Positions 19,434-30,400 of a stretch of DNA of 64,000 nucleotides are shown here, in pieces (the stretch's first letter is position 1; each line of letters opens with the position of its first letter). The DNA comes from a virus (lineage: Duplodnaviria; Caudoviricetes): the IMG/VR virus record IMGVR_UViG_3300020050_009209; one strand, given 5' to 3'. The position numbers and the translations under genes are program-made. The notes beneath the pieces were generated by a model, which was not told the origin of the DNA, made no database searches, and worked only from the letters and a program-made list of their open reading frames with translations.

Positions 19434-19441
19434 GCTACCTC

Positions 19442-20788
19442 ATGGTCAAGTGTAGTTTCTGTAAGCGTCCAAGAAACGAAGTTAAGAACCTCATTTCAAG
19501 CTCCGACACGGATGAGACCTCAATCTGTGACCGATGTGTACGGTCAGCAATGAAGGAGCTGGAGGTAGGCTCTCGTAAGGGTGGGTTCGAGAAACCTAAG
19601 GAGGAGCCTCTCAAGCCTCCCATGGAGATCAAAGCACACTTGGACGCCTACGTCATCGGGCAAGACCAAGCAAAGCGCACGATTGCTACGGCTGTCTACA
19701 ACCATTTCAAGCGTCGCCAAGTTGCCAAAGAGGGTAAGCTTGAGATTGAGGTAGCTGGGGGCCTAGAGGCTGTAGAGCTGGACAAGAGCAACATATTGCT
19801 TTTGGGTCCATCGGGCACTGGAAAGACCTATCTCGCTCGCACCATCGCTAAGATGTTGAATGTGCCGTTCTTTGTGGCAGACGCGACACGCTTGACTCAA
19901 GCAGGCTATGTTGGGGATGATGTCGAGACGCTTCTACAAGGGCTACTCCAGGATGCTCAGGGTGATGTGGAGCGGGCCCAGTGGGGGATCATATTCCTGG
20001 ACGAGGTAGACAAGATTGCCAAGTCGGGTGGTCGAGATCGTTCGGGCTATCGAGATGTCACCGGGGAAGGAGTCCAGCAGTCACTTCTAAAGCTCTTGGA
20101 GGGGTCGAAGGTCAACGTGCCTCGCTCTGGACGTTCCGGGACCTCTATGAACGCTACAGACGTACTGGACACCACCAACATCCTCTTCATTTGCGCTGGC
20201 TCTTTCGCGGGAATCGAGCCTATCATCGAAAAGAGACTCAACAAAGGATCCCGTCTTGGGTTTGGGTCAGAGTCACGAGAGAAGTTTGACCAGACAAAGA
20301 CCTACCTAGCCGCTTGCCCCGAAGACCTATTGGAGTTCGGCATTATCCCCGAGATGCTTGGTCGGCTTCAAGTTTTGACGACCACGATTGAGCTGAGTGA
20401 GGAGGATATGATCCGAGTCCTCACTGAGCCAAGAAACTCCATCATCAAGCAATTTAGAGCCTTGTTCAAGTTGGACGGGGTAAGCCTAGAGTTTGACCCC
20501 GAAGCACTTCTCGCGATTGCTAGGAAGGCGAAGAAGATGCCTACAGGAGCAAGGGCTCTTCGTTCGATTGTCGAAGAGGCTCTTGGACAGGTGATGTACT
20601 CCCTCCCAGGGTCTGGTGCTATCCAGGTTCGAGTAACCGAGCAAACGATTGAGACAGGGGTTGCAATGGTTACGAAAGAAACTCAGTGCAAGCACCATTA
20701 TGCGGACAAGAGCGACCCGGAGGAAAACTGTACCCATTGCGGTCAAAACCAGGGGGAACTTGAGGAGAAGAAAAGCAGACGCAAGTGA
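19442..20788 (+). CDS. clpX: ClpX AAA+ unfoldase
   Basis: CSFC...CDRC zinc domain, KSNILLLGPSGTGKT, AGYVGDDVE, RDVTGEGVQQ, LGF loop, TGARALRSI. Confidence 0.95.
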   Translation: MVKCSFCKRPRNEVKNLISSSDTDETSICDRCVRSAMKELEVGSRKGGFEKPKEEPLKPPMEIKAHLDAYVIGQDQAKRTIATAVYNHFKRRQVAKEGKLEIEVAGGLEAVELDKSNILLLGPSGTGKTYLARTIAKMLNVPFFVADATRLTQAGYVGDDVETLLQGLLQDAQGDVERAQWGIIFLDEVDKIAKSGGRDRSGYRDVTGEGVQQSLLKLLEGSKVNVPRSGRSGTSMNATDVLDTTNILFICAGSFAGIEPIIEKRLNKGSRLGFGSESREKFDQTKTYLAACPEDLLEFGIIPEMLGRLQVLTTTIELSEEDMIRVLTEPRNSIIKQFRALFKLDGVSLEFDPEALLAIARKAKKMPTGARALRSIVEEALGQVMYSLPGSGAIQVRVTEQTIETGVAMVTKETQCKHHYADKSDPEENCTHCGQNQGELEEKKSRRK

Positions 20789-20815
20789 TACCCCTTTGAT
20801 AGGACTTCTTAGAAG

Positions 20816-22066
20816 ATGACTCTACCTATCATCCAAAACGTAGTAGCTAGGTTCAAGCTTGCAGATTCCATTGGGGACCCAAGTGCCCTCATTCGAGAGT
20901 TTGAAGTAGTACTCAATACTATGGCTTCGTTCGAGGCCAAGCTTCCTCAGGCAAGGGCAGCAGAGAACATACTCAAAGAGGCCCAAAGGATAGCCATTCT
21001 CCCTATTCAAAGCCGCCCCCCTTCAACGCCTGAAGGAGATAACGCAGTACGAAATGCTGGGCGGGAGTATGCCGTCCACAAGTCCACTTTCGCATCGGCT
21101 GTGAAGTACTCCTACCCTAGATTCCAGAGATCTGGGTACGCTCTGTTCTTCTCTCTCCTCCAGCAGTATGACCTCCCCCCAAAAATCCGTAAAGGGGTTG
21201 AAGCTGCGGCGAAGTACTACGCGAAGAGTAGAATCAATGTGAACCCAAAGCAATGGGAAGTTCTTGACTTGTTCGAGAAGTACATGAGCTTGTACCGAGA
21301 GCAATTTGAGCTAGCGACGATTGCGCTTACTCAGAGTAAGCATCGAGTAGAGGGTGAGGAGGGGTCCTCTGCAAAGCTAATCAAAGCTGGCCCGTTTACC
21401 ATTGTGAACACTGGTGGGTTTGACGAGAAGGTCATACAGACGGTATCGGAGGTAGTAGAGAAAGCAGCTAGCCTGCTTCAGCGTAAGGGGCTAGGTAAGG
21501 TGTGCTACGGGGACATCCTAATCACAAATACCCTACTGAAGTCAAACGTCCTTGCCTTCTACATGTCCGACAAGGACGAGCTATTTGTTCGAGCCAACTT
21601 ACGCAAGGGGCATGATGTTGTCCGTCTCGTGATCCATGAGCTAGGGCATAGGCTCCATTGGAAGTTCCTTAAGTCAAAAGACAAGGACCTCCAGATGCTC
21701 TACTACAACCTAGGTAGGTCGGAGCAGGATCGAGTGCGGGAGCTACTCAACAACCCTGAGTCCCATCCCAAGCCAGGGGAGACGATGCAGTCCAAGGGTA
21801 AGACCTACGAGGTCGTTAGAACGGTCTACGACAAGGTTCACCTAGTAAGGCAAGATGATCCTAAGCACACGGCAACTCTTCCACTTCTGAATTGGATTGA
21901 GATGAAGTCTGGGCTTACGACTGGACTGGACCTTACTCCAGACTCTGCCTTCATCACGGGGTACGCGAAGACGAGTTACAAAGAGAACTTTGCCGAGATG
22001 GTGGCATTCTATTGCTTGGACCAACTACCTGACGCCCAAGTGAAGATGCTAGAAGCCATCCTATGA
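20816..22066 (+). CDS. zincin-like (HExxH) putative metallopeptidase with N-terminal NVVARF motif
   Basis: VIHELGHRLH ... ITGYAKTSYKENFAE. Confidence 0.72.
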   Translation: MTLPIIQNVVARFKLADSIGDPSALIREFEVVLNTMASFEAKLPQARAAENILKEAQRIAILPIQSRPPSTPEGDNAVRNAGREYAVHKSTFASAVKYSYPRFQRSGYALFFSLLQQYDLPPKIRKGVEAAAKYYAKSRINVNPKQWEVLDLFEKYMSLYREQFELATIALTQSKHRVEGEEGSSAKLIKAGPFTIVNTGGFDEKVIQTVSEVVEKAASLLQRKGLGKVCYGDILITNTLLKSNVLAFYMSDKDELFVRANLRKGHDVVRLVIHELGHRLHWKFLKSKDKDLQMLYYNLGRSEQDRVRELLNNPESHPKPGETMQSKGKTYEVVRTVYDKVHLVRQDDPKHTATLPLLNWIEMKSGLTTGLDLTPDSAFITGYAKTSYKENFAEMVAFYCLDQLPDAQVKMLEAIL

Positions 22067-22416
22067 AGTTATTTCTTGATGACATGCGTCGGGAACCAGT
22101 TGGTTGGGATCGAGTCCTTACCGCAGATGCGTGCATTGAAGTTCTTAGCGATCAGCGCTACGTACGAGTGGAAGAGCTTTCGTTAGACCACGACTTGCAT
22201 GAGGAGCACTACGATACCTCACGAGACCCGACAACGTACCAACACAAGACGGGTATGGCTGTTGTGGATTGGCTAGCTAATGCGCACATAGACCTGTGGC
22301 CCGCAATCATTTACGTGCATTCCCTGAACGAGCGCGCACGAGGGGAGATGGTCAAAAGATTGAAGGGGTATGCGCCTCCTGAGGTGCAAGTATTCGACAG
22401 GCCTAGACTCTACTAG
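22063..22416 (+). CDS. cyclic-phosphate-processing receiver-like domain protein
   Basis: KLFLDDMR, LSLDHDL, TGMAVVDWL, YVHSLN. Confidence 0.75.
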   Translation: MKLFLDDMRREPVGWDRVLTADACIEVLSDQRYVRVEELSLDHDLHEEHYDTSRDPTTYQHKTGMAVVDWLANAHIDLWPAIIYVHSLNERARGEMVKRLKGYAPPEVQVFDRPRLY

Positions 22417-22451
22417 GCCGAACTTCTTTTGATACTCTACCTCAGGGTAGG

Positions 22452-23693
22452 ATGCCAAACTCAATTGACCGAATTGCACATAGGGTACACTCAATTGACC
22501 GAATTGCACATAGGGTACTAACTCGACTTGCTGCCGAGCGAATCGCAAGTCGATACCTCTATGCGAAACTCTTTCTGGCTATGTCCCTTCAAGAGGCAAA
22601 GGTCATTCTAGGGTTTCCTCCTCAAGCCTTCCCAACCGCAGATGAGATTACAAAGGCCTATCGTAGGAAGGCCATTGAGAATCATCCTGACCGTGGGGGC
22701 AGTCACGAGAAGATGGTAGAGGTCAACGTAGCTAAGGACATCTTGGACGGTAAGAGCCGTGCAACCTTCCGACCTGAACCTCCACCCCCTCGCCCAAAGC
22801 CACCACCTCCTAAGGAGCCAGATGAAGTTCTTGAGGGGCAGTCCTTTGAGGACGCTATGGGTAACTCAGGAGTTCCCGCTGGCGTAGAGTGGAAGTTCAT
22901 TTCCATTCCAGAGTGGTATTGGGAAAAGAGCTTCTACCCCAGTCATCGAATCTGGGTACTCTACGGGCAAACCGATGAAAAGCATGTGTTCCTAGCTCTC
23001 AAGCAGAGAGGGGAGAGTTCAGGCACTGTCCCTACAGATAAGGGTCAGACGAAGATCATGAAGGATTGGCAGTCTAGTGAGATTGACGTCCCAATCTCAC
23101 AGAACATTGCCAAAATTGCGGCAAAGTATATCAAACTCCTAGCCGATGGTTGGACAGATGTGCCGAAGATGCCAACCCCAAAGAAGTACATCGCTTGGTC
23201 TGGTGGTAAACCTACTGAAGTCCTAGTTGAGAAGACGCCTCGATCGGGTGGAGCTGCTTTGAAGGATATTCTTGCAGGTACTGGACTACTTAACGATGAT
23301 GACCCAACCATTACCGGACGTAAGAGTGTTGTTGAGGTCTTCACGAAGACCTCAATGGAACGCTACAATCGTTGCAAGAAACTCAAGGCAGAGGGTAAGA
23401 TCCCTTACGTCACCAACGCTCACCAGTACGACTTCTTTGTTCGTGTAAATGGGAAGACAGAGCAGTTGGAGGATGAAACCATCGAGAAGATGATTCGTGT
23501 GTTCATCCCATTCGTCCTAAGCTGGGAGATTAGCGAAGGGGCCCCGAAGAACCTCACGCGTATGCGTGGTGGTCGCCTCAAGATTGGCCCCAAAGAGGCG
23601 ATTGCTGAGCTACTGAAGTGCCTGACGGGAGAGCCCGCCTGGTTGAAAGAAGCGCTCAAGAAAGCGGTAGACGAGTACCCGGAGTCTACCTAA
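22452..23693 (+). CDS. J-domain (DnaJ-like) protein with N-terminal RIAHRV/RIASRY motifs
   Basis: EAKVILG...ITKAYRRKAIENHPDRGGS...VNVAKDIL. Confidence 0.8.
   Translation: MPNSIDRIAHRVHSIDRIAHRVLTRLAAERIASRYLYAKLFLAMSLQEAKVILGFPPQAFPTADEITKAYRRKAIENHPDRGGSHEKMVEVNVAKDILDGKSRATFRPEPPPPRPKPPPPKEPDEVLEGQSFEDAMGNSGVPAGVEWKFISIPEWYWEKSFYPSHRIWVLYGQTDEKHVFLALKQRGESSGTVPTDKGQTKIMKDWQSSEIDVPISQNIAKIAAKYIKLLADGWTDVPKMPTPKKYIAWSGGKPTEVLVEKTPRSGGAALKDILAGTGLLNDDDPTITGRKSVVEVFTKTSMERYNRCKKLKAEGKIPYVTNAHQYDFFVRVNGKTEQLEDETIEKMIRVFIPFVLSWEISEGAPKNLTRMRGGRLKIGPKEAIAELLKCLTGEPAWLKEALKKAVDEYPEST
22459..22518 (+). repeat. perfect 30-bp tandem duplication (in frame)
   Basis: ACTCAATTGACCGAATTGCACATAGGGTAC x2, encoding SIDRIAHRV twice. 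Confidence 0.95.
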
Positions 23694-23788
23694 TGAGTGA
23701 CTTAGTTGTCACCAGGAACGTAGTTGCTAGGTTTCAGCGGATCTCTCAGACTTACCTGAGGAGGCGGCTACGTGTGAGGAATGTCTGA
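23693..23788 (+). pseudogene. 31-codon ORF MSDLVVTRNVVARFQR..., probably a frameshifted remnant
   Basis: TAATG overlap with upstream stop; carries NVVARF; another frame continues DLPEEAATCEECLRRFAKLE. Confidence 0.45.
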
Positions 23789-23887
23789 GGAGATTCGCTA
23801 AGTTAGAAGCTAAAGGCGAGGCCATTTTCTCGAACGGGTATTGAAAGTAGACCACGGTGGGGTCGGGGTAAGGTAAGATGTCAACCA

Positions 23888-24853
23888 ATGTCAACTACTG
23901 CCAAACAACGTTTACTGTTAGCTGCAAATCGCATCGCAAGTCGTTATAGGAGTCTAGGAGTAACAGCAACCAAGGAATCGGAAGAGATAGTTGGGGAAAC
24001 CTCCGAGCAGCTTAAAGATTCAGAGGCTATCAGAAGTGTCGTAGCAAGATTTTCCCAGACTCAGAGCGATCGTGGTGGGTCGGAAACCTCAAACCGGATT
24101 GCTTTGAGACAGTACTTAGCGTCTCAAACCGCAAGAGCTGAGGTAAAGGCTGAGGTAAAGGCTGATCTTTACACTCCAACCCACCCTCCTATTGTGGCTC
24201 CGGCTCCTGTTCGGTCATCCTCAGTTGCAGTTCAACCCGAGCTTCCAAAATCCCCCCCACCCAAAGTTGTAGCTGAGCCCTTAGCACCTAGAGTGTTGGG
24301 TTCTTCGGTAGCTTTTGATGAGTTCGAGATTACATTTGAGGAAGAAGAAGAAGAACCTGAAGCTTCTACCCTTGAAGAACCTGAGGCTACCCTCCTTGAG
24401 GCCTCTACCCTTGAAGAAGAACCTGAGGTTCCAAAAGAAGAGGTATCCGTTCCTGTCCTTCTACCTGTAGTGAGTTCCTCCCAAATCGAGGAGGTCCCTG
24501 GTCTTGTTGAGGATCGCGTTGCTGAGGCTAAGTCAATCCTTGATGCTGCAAGTGCTCTTAGCGCACTAAAGTCCCTAGGCGTGCCGGTTGACATAGAAGC
24601 GTACTGTAAAAAGTTCAAGATTCCGTTTGGGCAAGAAGTCCCAAAAGAGACCTCTCCCGTGAAGCCCGCTCCAACTGCCAAGGTGGAGCAACCTAATGCT
24701 GAGTTGGAGCGCTCGTTTGCAGAGAGAAATGCTGCCTTTCTTGCTGATCTAAAAGACTATAGCAAGTTAGGTCTGACTTTTGACTTAGCCCAACTTGCTG
24801 CTTTACATGGCGTACCCGTGCCGACCAAGAAGGATGACTTAGATGATCTATAA
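23888..24853 (+). CDS. acidic/Pro-rich protein with repeated RIASRY/SVVARF motifs
   Basis: low-complexity EEPEASTL repeats. Confidence 0.7.
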   Translation: MSTTAKQRLLLAANRIASRYRSLGVTATKESEEIVGETSEQLKDSEAIRSVVARFSQTQSDRGGSETSNRIALRQYLASQTARAEVKAEVKADLYTPTHPPIVAPAPVRSSSVAVQPELPKSPPPKVVAEPLAPRVLGSSVAFDEFEITFEEEEEEPEASTLEEPEATLLEASTLEEEPEVPKEEVSVPVLLPVVSSSQIEEVPGLVEDRVAEAKSILDAASALSALKSLGVPVDIEAYCKKFKIPFGQEVPKETSPVKPAPTAKVEQPNAELERSFAERNAAFLADLKDYSKLGLTFDLAQLAALHGVPVPTKKDDLDDL

Positions 24854-25253
24854 CTCCTGTGTGGATGACGCAGCACGAGCGTTAATCGACTTTGACAGCG
24901 ATACCTTCTATGGGATGTTAGTTACGTCCTCTTACACTCCAAACAAGGACACCCATACCAAACGTAGTGACATTACAAATGAAGTTGTGGGTACTGGTTA
25001 TACTGCGGGAGGGGCCGTGAGTGCAACTACTGTTACAAAGGACAATGGGACTGACAAGGTTACCATTACATTCGCTTCGATTGTTTGGCCAGCATCAACC
25101 ATTACGGCTCGCGCATGTGTTTTGTACAAGCGACGTGGTGGTGCTGCTTCAGCTGACGAGTTAGTCGCTCATGTTGACTTTGGCAGTGATGTCACATCAA
25201 CCTCTGGTTCATTTACAGTAACGTTCTCAACTCCAATCACCTACCAAAACTGA
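24843..25253 (+). CDS. putative virion structural protein
   Basis: IDFDSDTF, NEVVGTGYTAGG, VDFGSDVTSTSG; type common in phage tail regions. Confidence 0.65.
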   Translation: MIYNSCVDDAARALIDFDSDTFYGMLVTSSYTPNKDTHTKRSDITNEVVGTGYTAGGAVSATTVTKDNGTDKVTITFASIVWPASTITARACVLYKRRGGAASADELVAHVDFGSDVTSTSGSFTVTFSTPITYQN

Positions 25254-25288
25254 CTCTAAGGCATTCAGCCAACTAGCTAGGACCCACT

Positions 25289-27484
25289 ATGCCAATCATC
25301 TCAGATCCCGACAACCTTTCTCAGGGCGCCAGTACTGTAGCGGCTGCCGTCGTATGGACTGCTGCTGGCGCAGTGGCCACGATCACGTCTGCTGCCACGC
25401 TTCCAGCCATAGCAGCGGGGCAGTACTTTGTAGTTAGAGGTCGCGCTCTCGCTGTCAACAACGGGCTATACAAGGAGTCTGGCGGGGCACCAACGACGAG
25501 CAGCATTATTGCTACAAAGGTCAGCGGAGCGAGCCCTTCAACTGAGGGCAGTGCATCGACGACCTTTTTAGGTACAACTGGTAATCGTCCGAATATCTTC
25601 TACGATACTGCCGGTCGTCTCGTGTACCTGCTTGAGCAGAATGGGCTTGGGTTCGAAGGGGTGCTCGGGCAAACTGTCTACTCGAAGATGATGATTGACT
25701 GGAAGAACGACGCCTTCCTGATTGCCAACGCCCCGTTTCCAATGTTGTGTATCGACGCTTTCGCAGGCAAGTACCTGATTGGGCAGGATGCCTCAGGTAA
25801 TAACAACGGTTGGAACTGGGCAGATAAGACCAGCCCAGCAACGATCCGAACTCGTAAGCTACTTAGGAATATGGGCTGGTCAGAACTTGACGCAAACGGA
25901 GTAACTCTGGCGACTTACGCTGGTATCAAGACTCTAGGTACGTTTGAGGATTCGACGCCATCAACAGGAGATAGAGCATACTATCAGTTCGGGTCTGACA
26001 CGACGGTTGACGACACTGTGGACTTCGACTTTACGGGCCCAGTCAATGAGGCAATCAAGTGCTTCTCTGAGATCGGGAATCCTGCAACATGTACCTTTGC
26101 TACAACTAGTACTATCACTCGTGCATCTGGCTCTTTTATCACAGATGGGTACAAGGTTGGAGGTAAGGTCAGAGTTCGCGTAGCCACAGTGGGAGGCAAC
26201 AATGGAGCATGGACTCTCACTTCGGTAGCTGCACTGACACTGACAGTGTCTGGTACGCCGTTCACGGTAGGTGCCGACGCTGCGGCGCAACTCGGTCCAG
26301 ACAATACTGGAGCGTTGTCTCTTCGGTTGCGAGTGCGAGACGCGGACGCTAAGGGTAAAACCTACGCCGCTGCCAACCTGGCTTCGGGTGGTTTCAGTGC
26401 CCTTGCCAACGCCCTTTTTGCGTTCCCGCTATCAAATGGTGGTGACCAGAAAATTGACGCGACGGACGTAACGATCGATGGCAGTAGTCCGTACACTGGC
26501 ATGTCTCTCACGATTCACCCTACCCCGCAGTCTCTCGGTGGGGGCGGTGTCCTCGTAGGCGGCCCGTTCAACTTCGGGTTCACTCTGAACGCAAACGGAG
26601 GAACCTCCCAACAGCTTCACGAGTGGGTACAGCGACAACTACGGAAGACAACTGACATCGACGCTGACGCCTCTACGGCGATCGGTCGAGAGATCGACGG
26701 CTTAGGTCGCTTTATCGGAGACTCCTATCAGGGGGGTATTGATCTGGCCGGGAACTTCCCGAGCAATCCACAGGGTGGGGGATCTGGTGTCTACATCACC
26801 GGACTTGCAAGCGGCTCGAAGAACTCTACGAGCATGTATGACAACACTGGTACTTCTCGTGGGTACCCGATCGGAACGCCAGTTACGCTTGACTTCAACC
26901 AGACCTTGATTGACGATTCGGTAGCGGCATATACGTTGTTCTTTGATCGTACGATTCGGAACACCATCACGGACCTTGCGATCAACGCTGTATCTGGTTC
27001 AACTGGAACTTTCACTAGTGCTGGTGCTAACCTTCCAGCGTCGTTGAATAGGGGCGTCGGAGCATACATTCGGGTGTATATCAGTCTAGGCCACGCGATG
27101 AATGGTATCTATCAGGTGACGGCTCTTACGAGCACCTCAAGCTGGAACGTTACTCGGTGGGATGGTGCCACGATCGCGACTGTAGCCTCTGGTTCCAAGC
27201 TGATTGACCAGAACTGCATCGATACCCCAGATGCGATCATTGTGAAGAGTGATTCTGGGGCAGATGTGACTGGACTTACTACTGCCGACTTCTCATTTAC
27301 GTTTGACTACTCGAACAATGTTCAAGGGGGGCGGACTGGAGCCACCGATGCAGACGTGGTTGCGAGAGCGATTGGTCAATCAACTGCGCAGTTTGCACAG
27401 AGCACTGTCCAGACTATACAAAGCGCAATTGCTAAGACTATTCCAGTAACGGCTAACATCGAGCGTAACTTCAGCAATCCATAG
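25289..27484 (+). CDS. Thr/Gly/Ala/Ser-rich putative virion (tail/fibre/decoration) protein
   Basis: 731 aa beta-rich composition; ends ERNFSNP. Confidence 0.65.
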   Translation: MPIISDPDNLSQGASTVAAAVVWTAAGAVATITSAATLPAIAAGQYFVVRGRALAVNNGLYKESGGAPTTSSIIATKVSGASPSTEGSASTTFLGTTGNRPNIFYDTAGRLVYLLEQNGLGFEGVLGQTVYSKMMIDWKNDAFLIANAPFPMLCIDAFAGKYLIGQDASGNNNGWNWADKTSPATIRTRKLLRNMGWSELDANGVTLATYAGIKTLGTFEDSTPSTGDRAYYQFGSDTTVDDTVDFDFTGPVNEAIKCFSEIGNPATCTFATTSTITRASGSFITDGYKVGGKVRVRVATVGGNNGAWTLTSVAALTLTVSGTPFTVGADAAAQLGPDNTGALSLRLRVRDADAKGKTYAAANLASGGFSALANALFAFPLSNGGDQKIDATDVTIDGSSPYTGMSLTIHPTPQSLGGGGVLVGGPFNFGFTLNANGGTSQQLHEWVQRQLRKTTDIDADASTAIGREIDGLGRFIGDSYQGGIDLAGNFPSNPQGGGSGVYITGLASGSKNSTSMYDNTGTSRGYPIGTPVTLDFNQTLIDDSVAAYTLFFDRTIRNTITDLAINAVSGSTGTFTSAGANLPASLNRGVGAYIRVYISLGHAMNGIYQVTALTSTSSWNVTRWDGATIATVASGSKLIDQNCIDTPDAIIVKSDSGADVTGLTTADFSFTFDYSNNVQGGRTGATDADVVARAIGQSTAQFAQSTVQTIQSAIAKTIPVTANIERNFSNP

Positions 27485-27499
27485 TAACAAGAGCGTTGA

Positions 27500-30400
27500 A
27501 TGGCGACTTATACAATCACGACGCCTGTCAACATTGATACGCTTGCTACCAAGGTTGGGAGCGATACGTACAACATCAACGGTGGGTACCTCACCGTTGA
27601 TCAGGACACGCGATACGGAAAGAATCAGAACACTAGTGCGGCCATGGGTAACCTAACCCTGTCGGCCACACTAGGGGGTACTGTAGAATTCAACTCGACC
27701 CTTGTACGAATCATCCCATACAACACAGGGACTGGGGTTGTGCCTGCGTATGACACGACCATCACTCGTGGCAGCGCAAGCGGTAAGTTGATCGGGGTGT
27801 ACGCGACTCTTGCGTCTGCTCCGACAGCTGTTGCGGCATCTATGCCAGCCTCTGGATTTATCAAGATTCGCCAGTGGAATAGCGTCGCCTATTCCACTGG
27901 TGCGTTGACAGGTATTAGTGCGACAGCCACAGCAGCGGATCGTGCTGGGTGGCTGGAGATCGTGGGCGTAGATGCGCTTACGATGACCTGTAACCGACTC
28001 GGGACCTTCAAGGTTCGTGGCGATTGGTTCGACCTTGGCACCACAGATGGTACGAGAGCGACGACATACCAGATTCCTAGTAATGGTGCCCTAGTATATC
28101 TGCCTGGGGTATGGGTCGAGACTGCGGTAGCCTCAAACTTATATGAATTTTACCCATGTGCAGGGTCGACAACTGCGCTGCTGGCAAACATCGCGACAGA
28201 TGAGGTGCGAGGGAGGTGGTGCTGGATCTCAACAGCAGGGCTGTTGAGATTTGGGCATGATGGTACAAATAGTACTGGGGGGTTCATTCCTGGAAGCGGG
28301 CGAAAGATCCGAATCCCTAGTATTTTCTTCATGTGCTGTACAGCAGCAGGTCCAACAGTCAACGTACTACCTAACGCGACGCTAGCAACGAGAATGGAGT
28401 TTGCGACAACGGGCGGAGGTGTGCTCGACATCCAGAACGCATGTTTCAATTGGTACTTGAATCTCAATCAACCTTACTCGGTAGCACTTACGAACGTTGC
28501 GACGTTCTCGAACTTAACTCTAACCGAGTGTGCAACAGCTATTGCGTGGTCCCACGTTGGAGTAGGACAGGAGGCTCAGACTACGAACTTCGGATTGCTA
28601 ATGAGCCTAAATTTCGCAGGTGGTACAATGTCTAATTGTACGTTCACTCGCGCACTGATGGCCTCATCTGGAAACTACACTACGTCCCAAACTGATATTT
28701 TTGGGTTTGTATGCACTAACGAGCGCATGCACATGATAGGTGGTGCAAGAGGTAACGCCACTACTGGCTCTAAGAATCTTGTGCGAGGGTCGAGTTGTTC
28801 GTGGACGAACACAACACTCACCGGGGGTGGACGCATCTTCCTCACTACATGTACCGATGTTACATACACAAACACCGTATACGCAGATCATCAGGCAACA
28901 ACGACGAACACCACAATCCCTATGTATATATTCGACATGGGAGTCAACTGTCTGCGTGTGGTGATGGACGGGCTCACATTCGGTGGGCTCACGTTAGTGC
29001 AACCCTACAGCGGCATACTCAATATTGTGGCGGCTGGTTGCACAAAGATTAAGCTTAGGAATATAGGCACCTACGCTAGCCCTCTATCTTTAGGGGCCAC
29101 ACGCCAAGACCTTGTGGCCTGGACACGAACCACCACAACGGCCACGGTCACGAAGGTTGCACATGGGCTCAAAGTTAACGATATTGTGTATGTGCCAGTG
29201 TCAAGCGACATCGCAGCCATCGTTGTTGGCGCAAAGACCGTCGCTACTGTGGTATCTGCCGATGTATTTACGTTCGCATGCCTGAGCGCTGGTGGTGCCT
29301 CTGGTACGATATCGTACTACCCAACCATGAGCGCTAACGTGTTTGTGCTAGCCGCAGGAGCTGCGGCGAATGACGTAGCAATTCAGCGAGTTTATACACC
29401 CCACACTCGAACAAACCTTTACACGGCCGATAATAGTTCAAAGAGTATCCGGCTTGAGTCAGTATTTTCTGAATACGTGAACGCGTTCCTTGCGCCTCAG
29501 TTGAATGGGCGTCATCGTGGTGTAACTGGAACCCCACTCCTTACTGCACAGACCTCGGTGTATGGGACAACGTGGCTTGACGGATATGTAGCTGACGTAT
29601 CGCAGAACACGAATGCACAGTCGTGGACAAGATCGTCTACGACCGTGACGGTTACGGCTAACGATCATCGGCTTCGCACAGGCCTATTCATCGTCGTCAC
29701 AACGTCGAGTTCGACGACCCCACTTCCGTTGGGCCAGTACACAGTGACCGTGCTCACCTCGAACACATTCACGATCGTAGGGGTAAACAGCGGAGCGACA
29801 AGTGGTACATTGTCATTCGATCCACTTGTCGGCCGGGTGGCGATCCAAATGAACGAGGCGAGCCCAGACGTGGTAGCCTACACGATTGATGCGGGGGTTG
29901 CAGCATTCACAAGTACAGGTAGCCTCTTCATGCCAAACGTTGGTGATCAAGTGACATTCAACCCCCCTGTTACGTACTCGACTAGAGAGGCGATTCGCGG
30001 GCATGCTAGGTTTCCGATTGCCGAGGCACTTATGGCTGGCGGCACAATCAATAACTATGACATTACGTACTCGCTAGACAAGAATGACGGATCTGGGTAC
30101 GGCACGTTTCACAACCTGCACTATACGAGAGCAGGTGCTGGAGGTTCGTCCGCCTCAACCACTGTGACGATGACCTCTACCACAGGCGTGGAGCCAGGTG
30201 ATTACGTGCGAGGAACTGGCATAGCTCCGAACGCAAAAGTGGTTACAGTCGACAGCGGGACCAATGTGACGGTGGATATTGCAAATACCGCCACAGTATC
30301 TGGCACGCTGCGATTTTTCCATCTCCCATCCGAGACAGGTATAGACGCTTCGATAGGGTTTTTTATCAAGGTTAGGGTCAAGACAACTACGGCCAACGCA

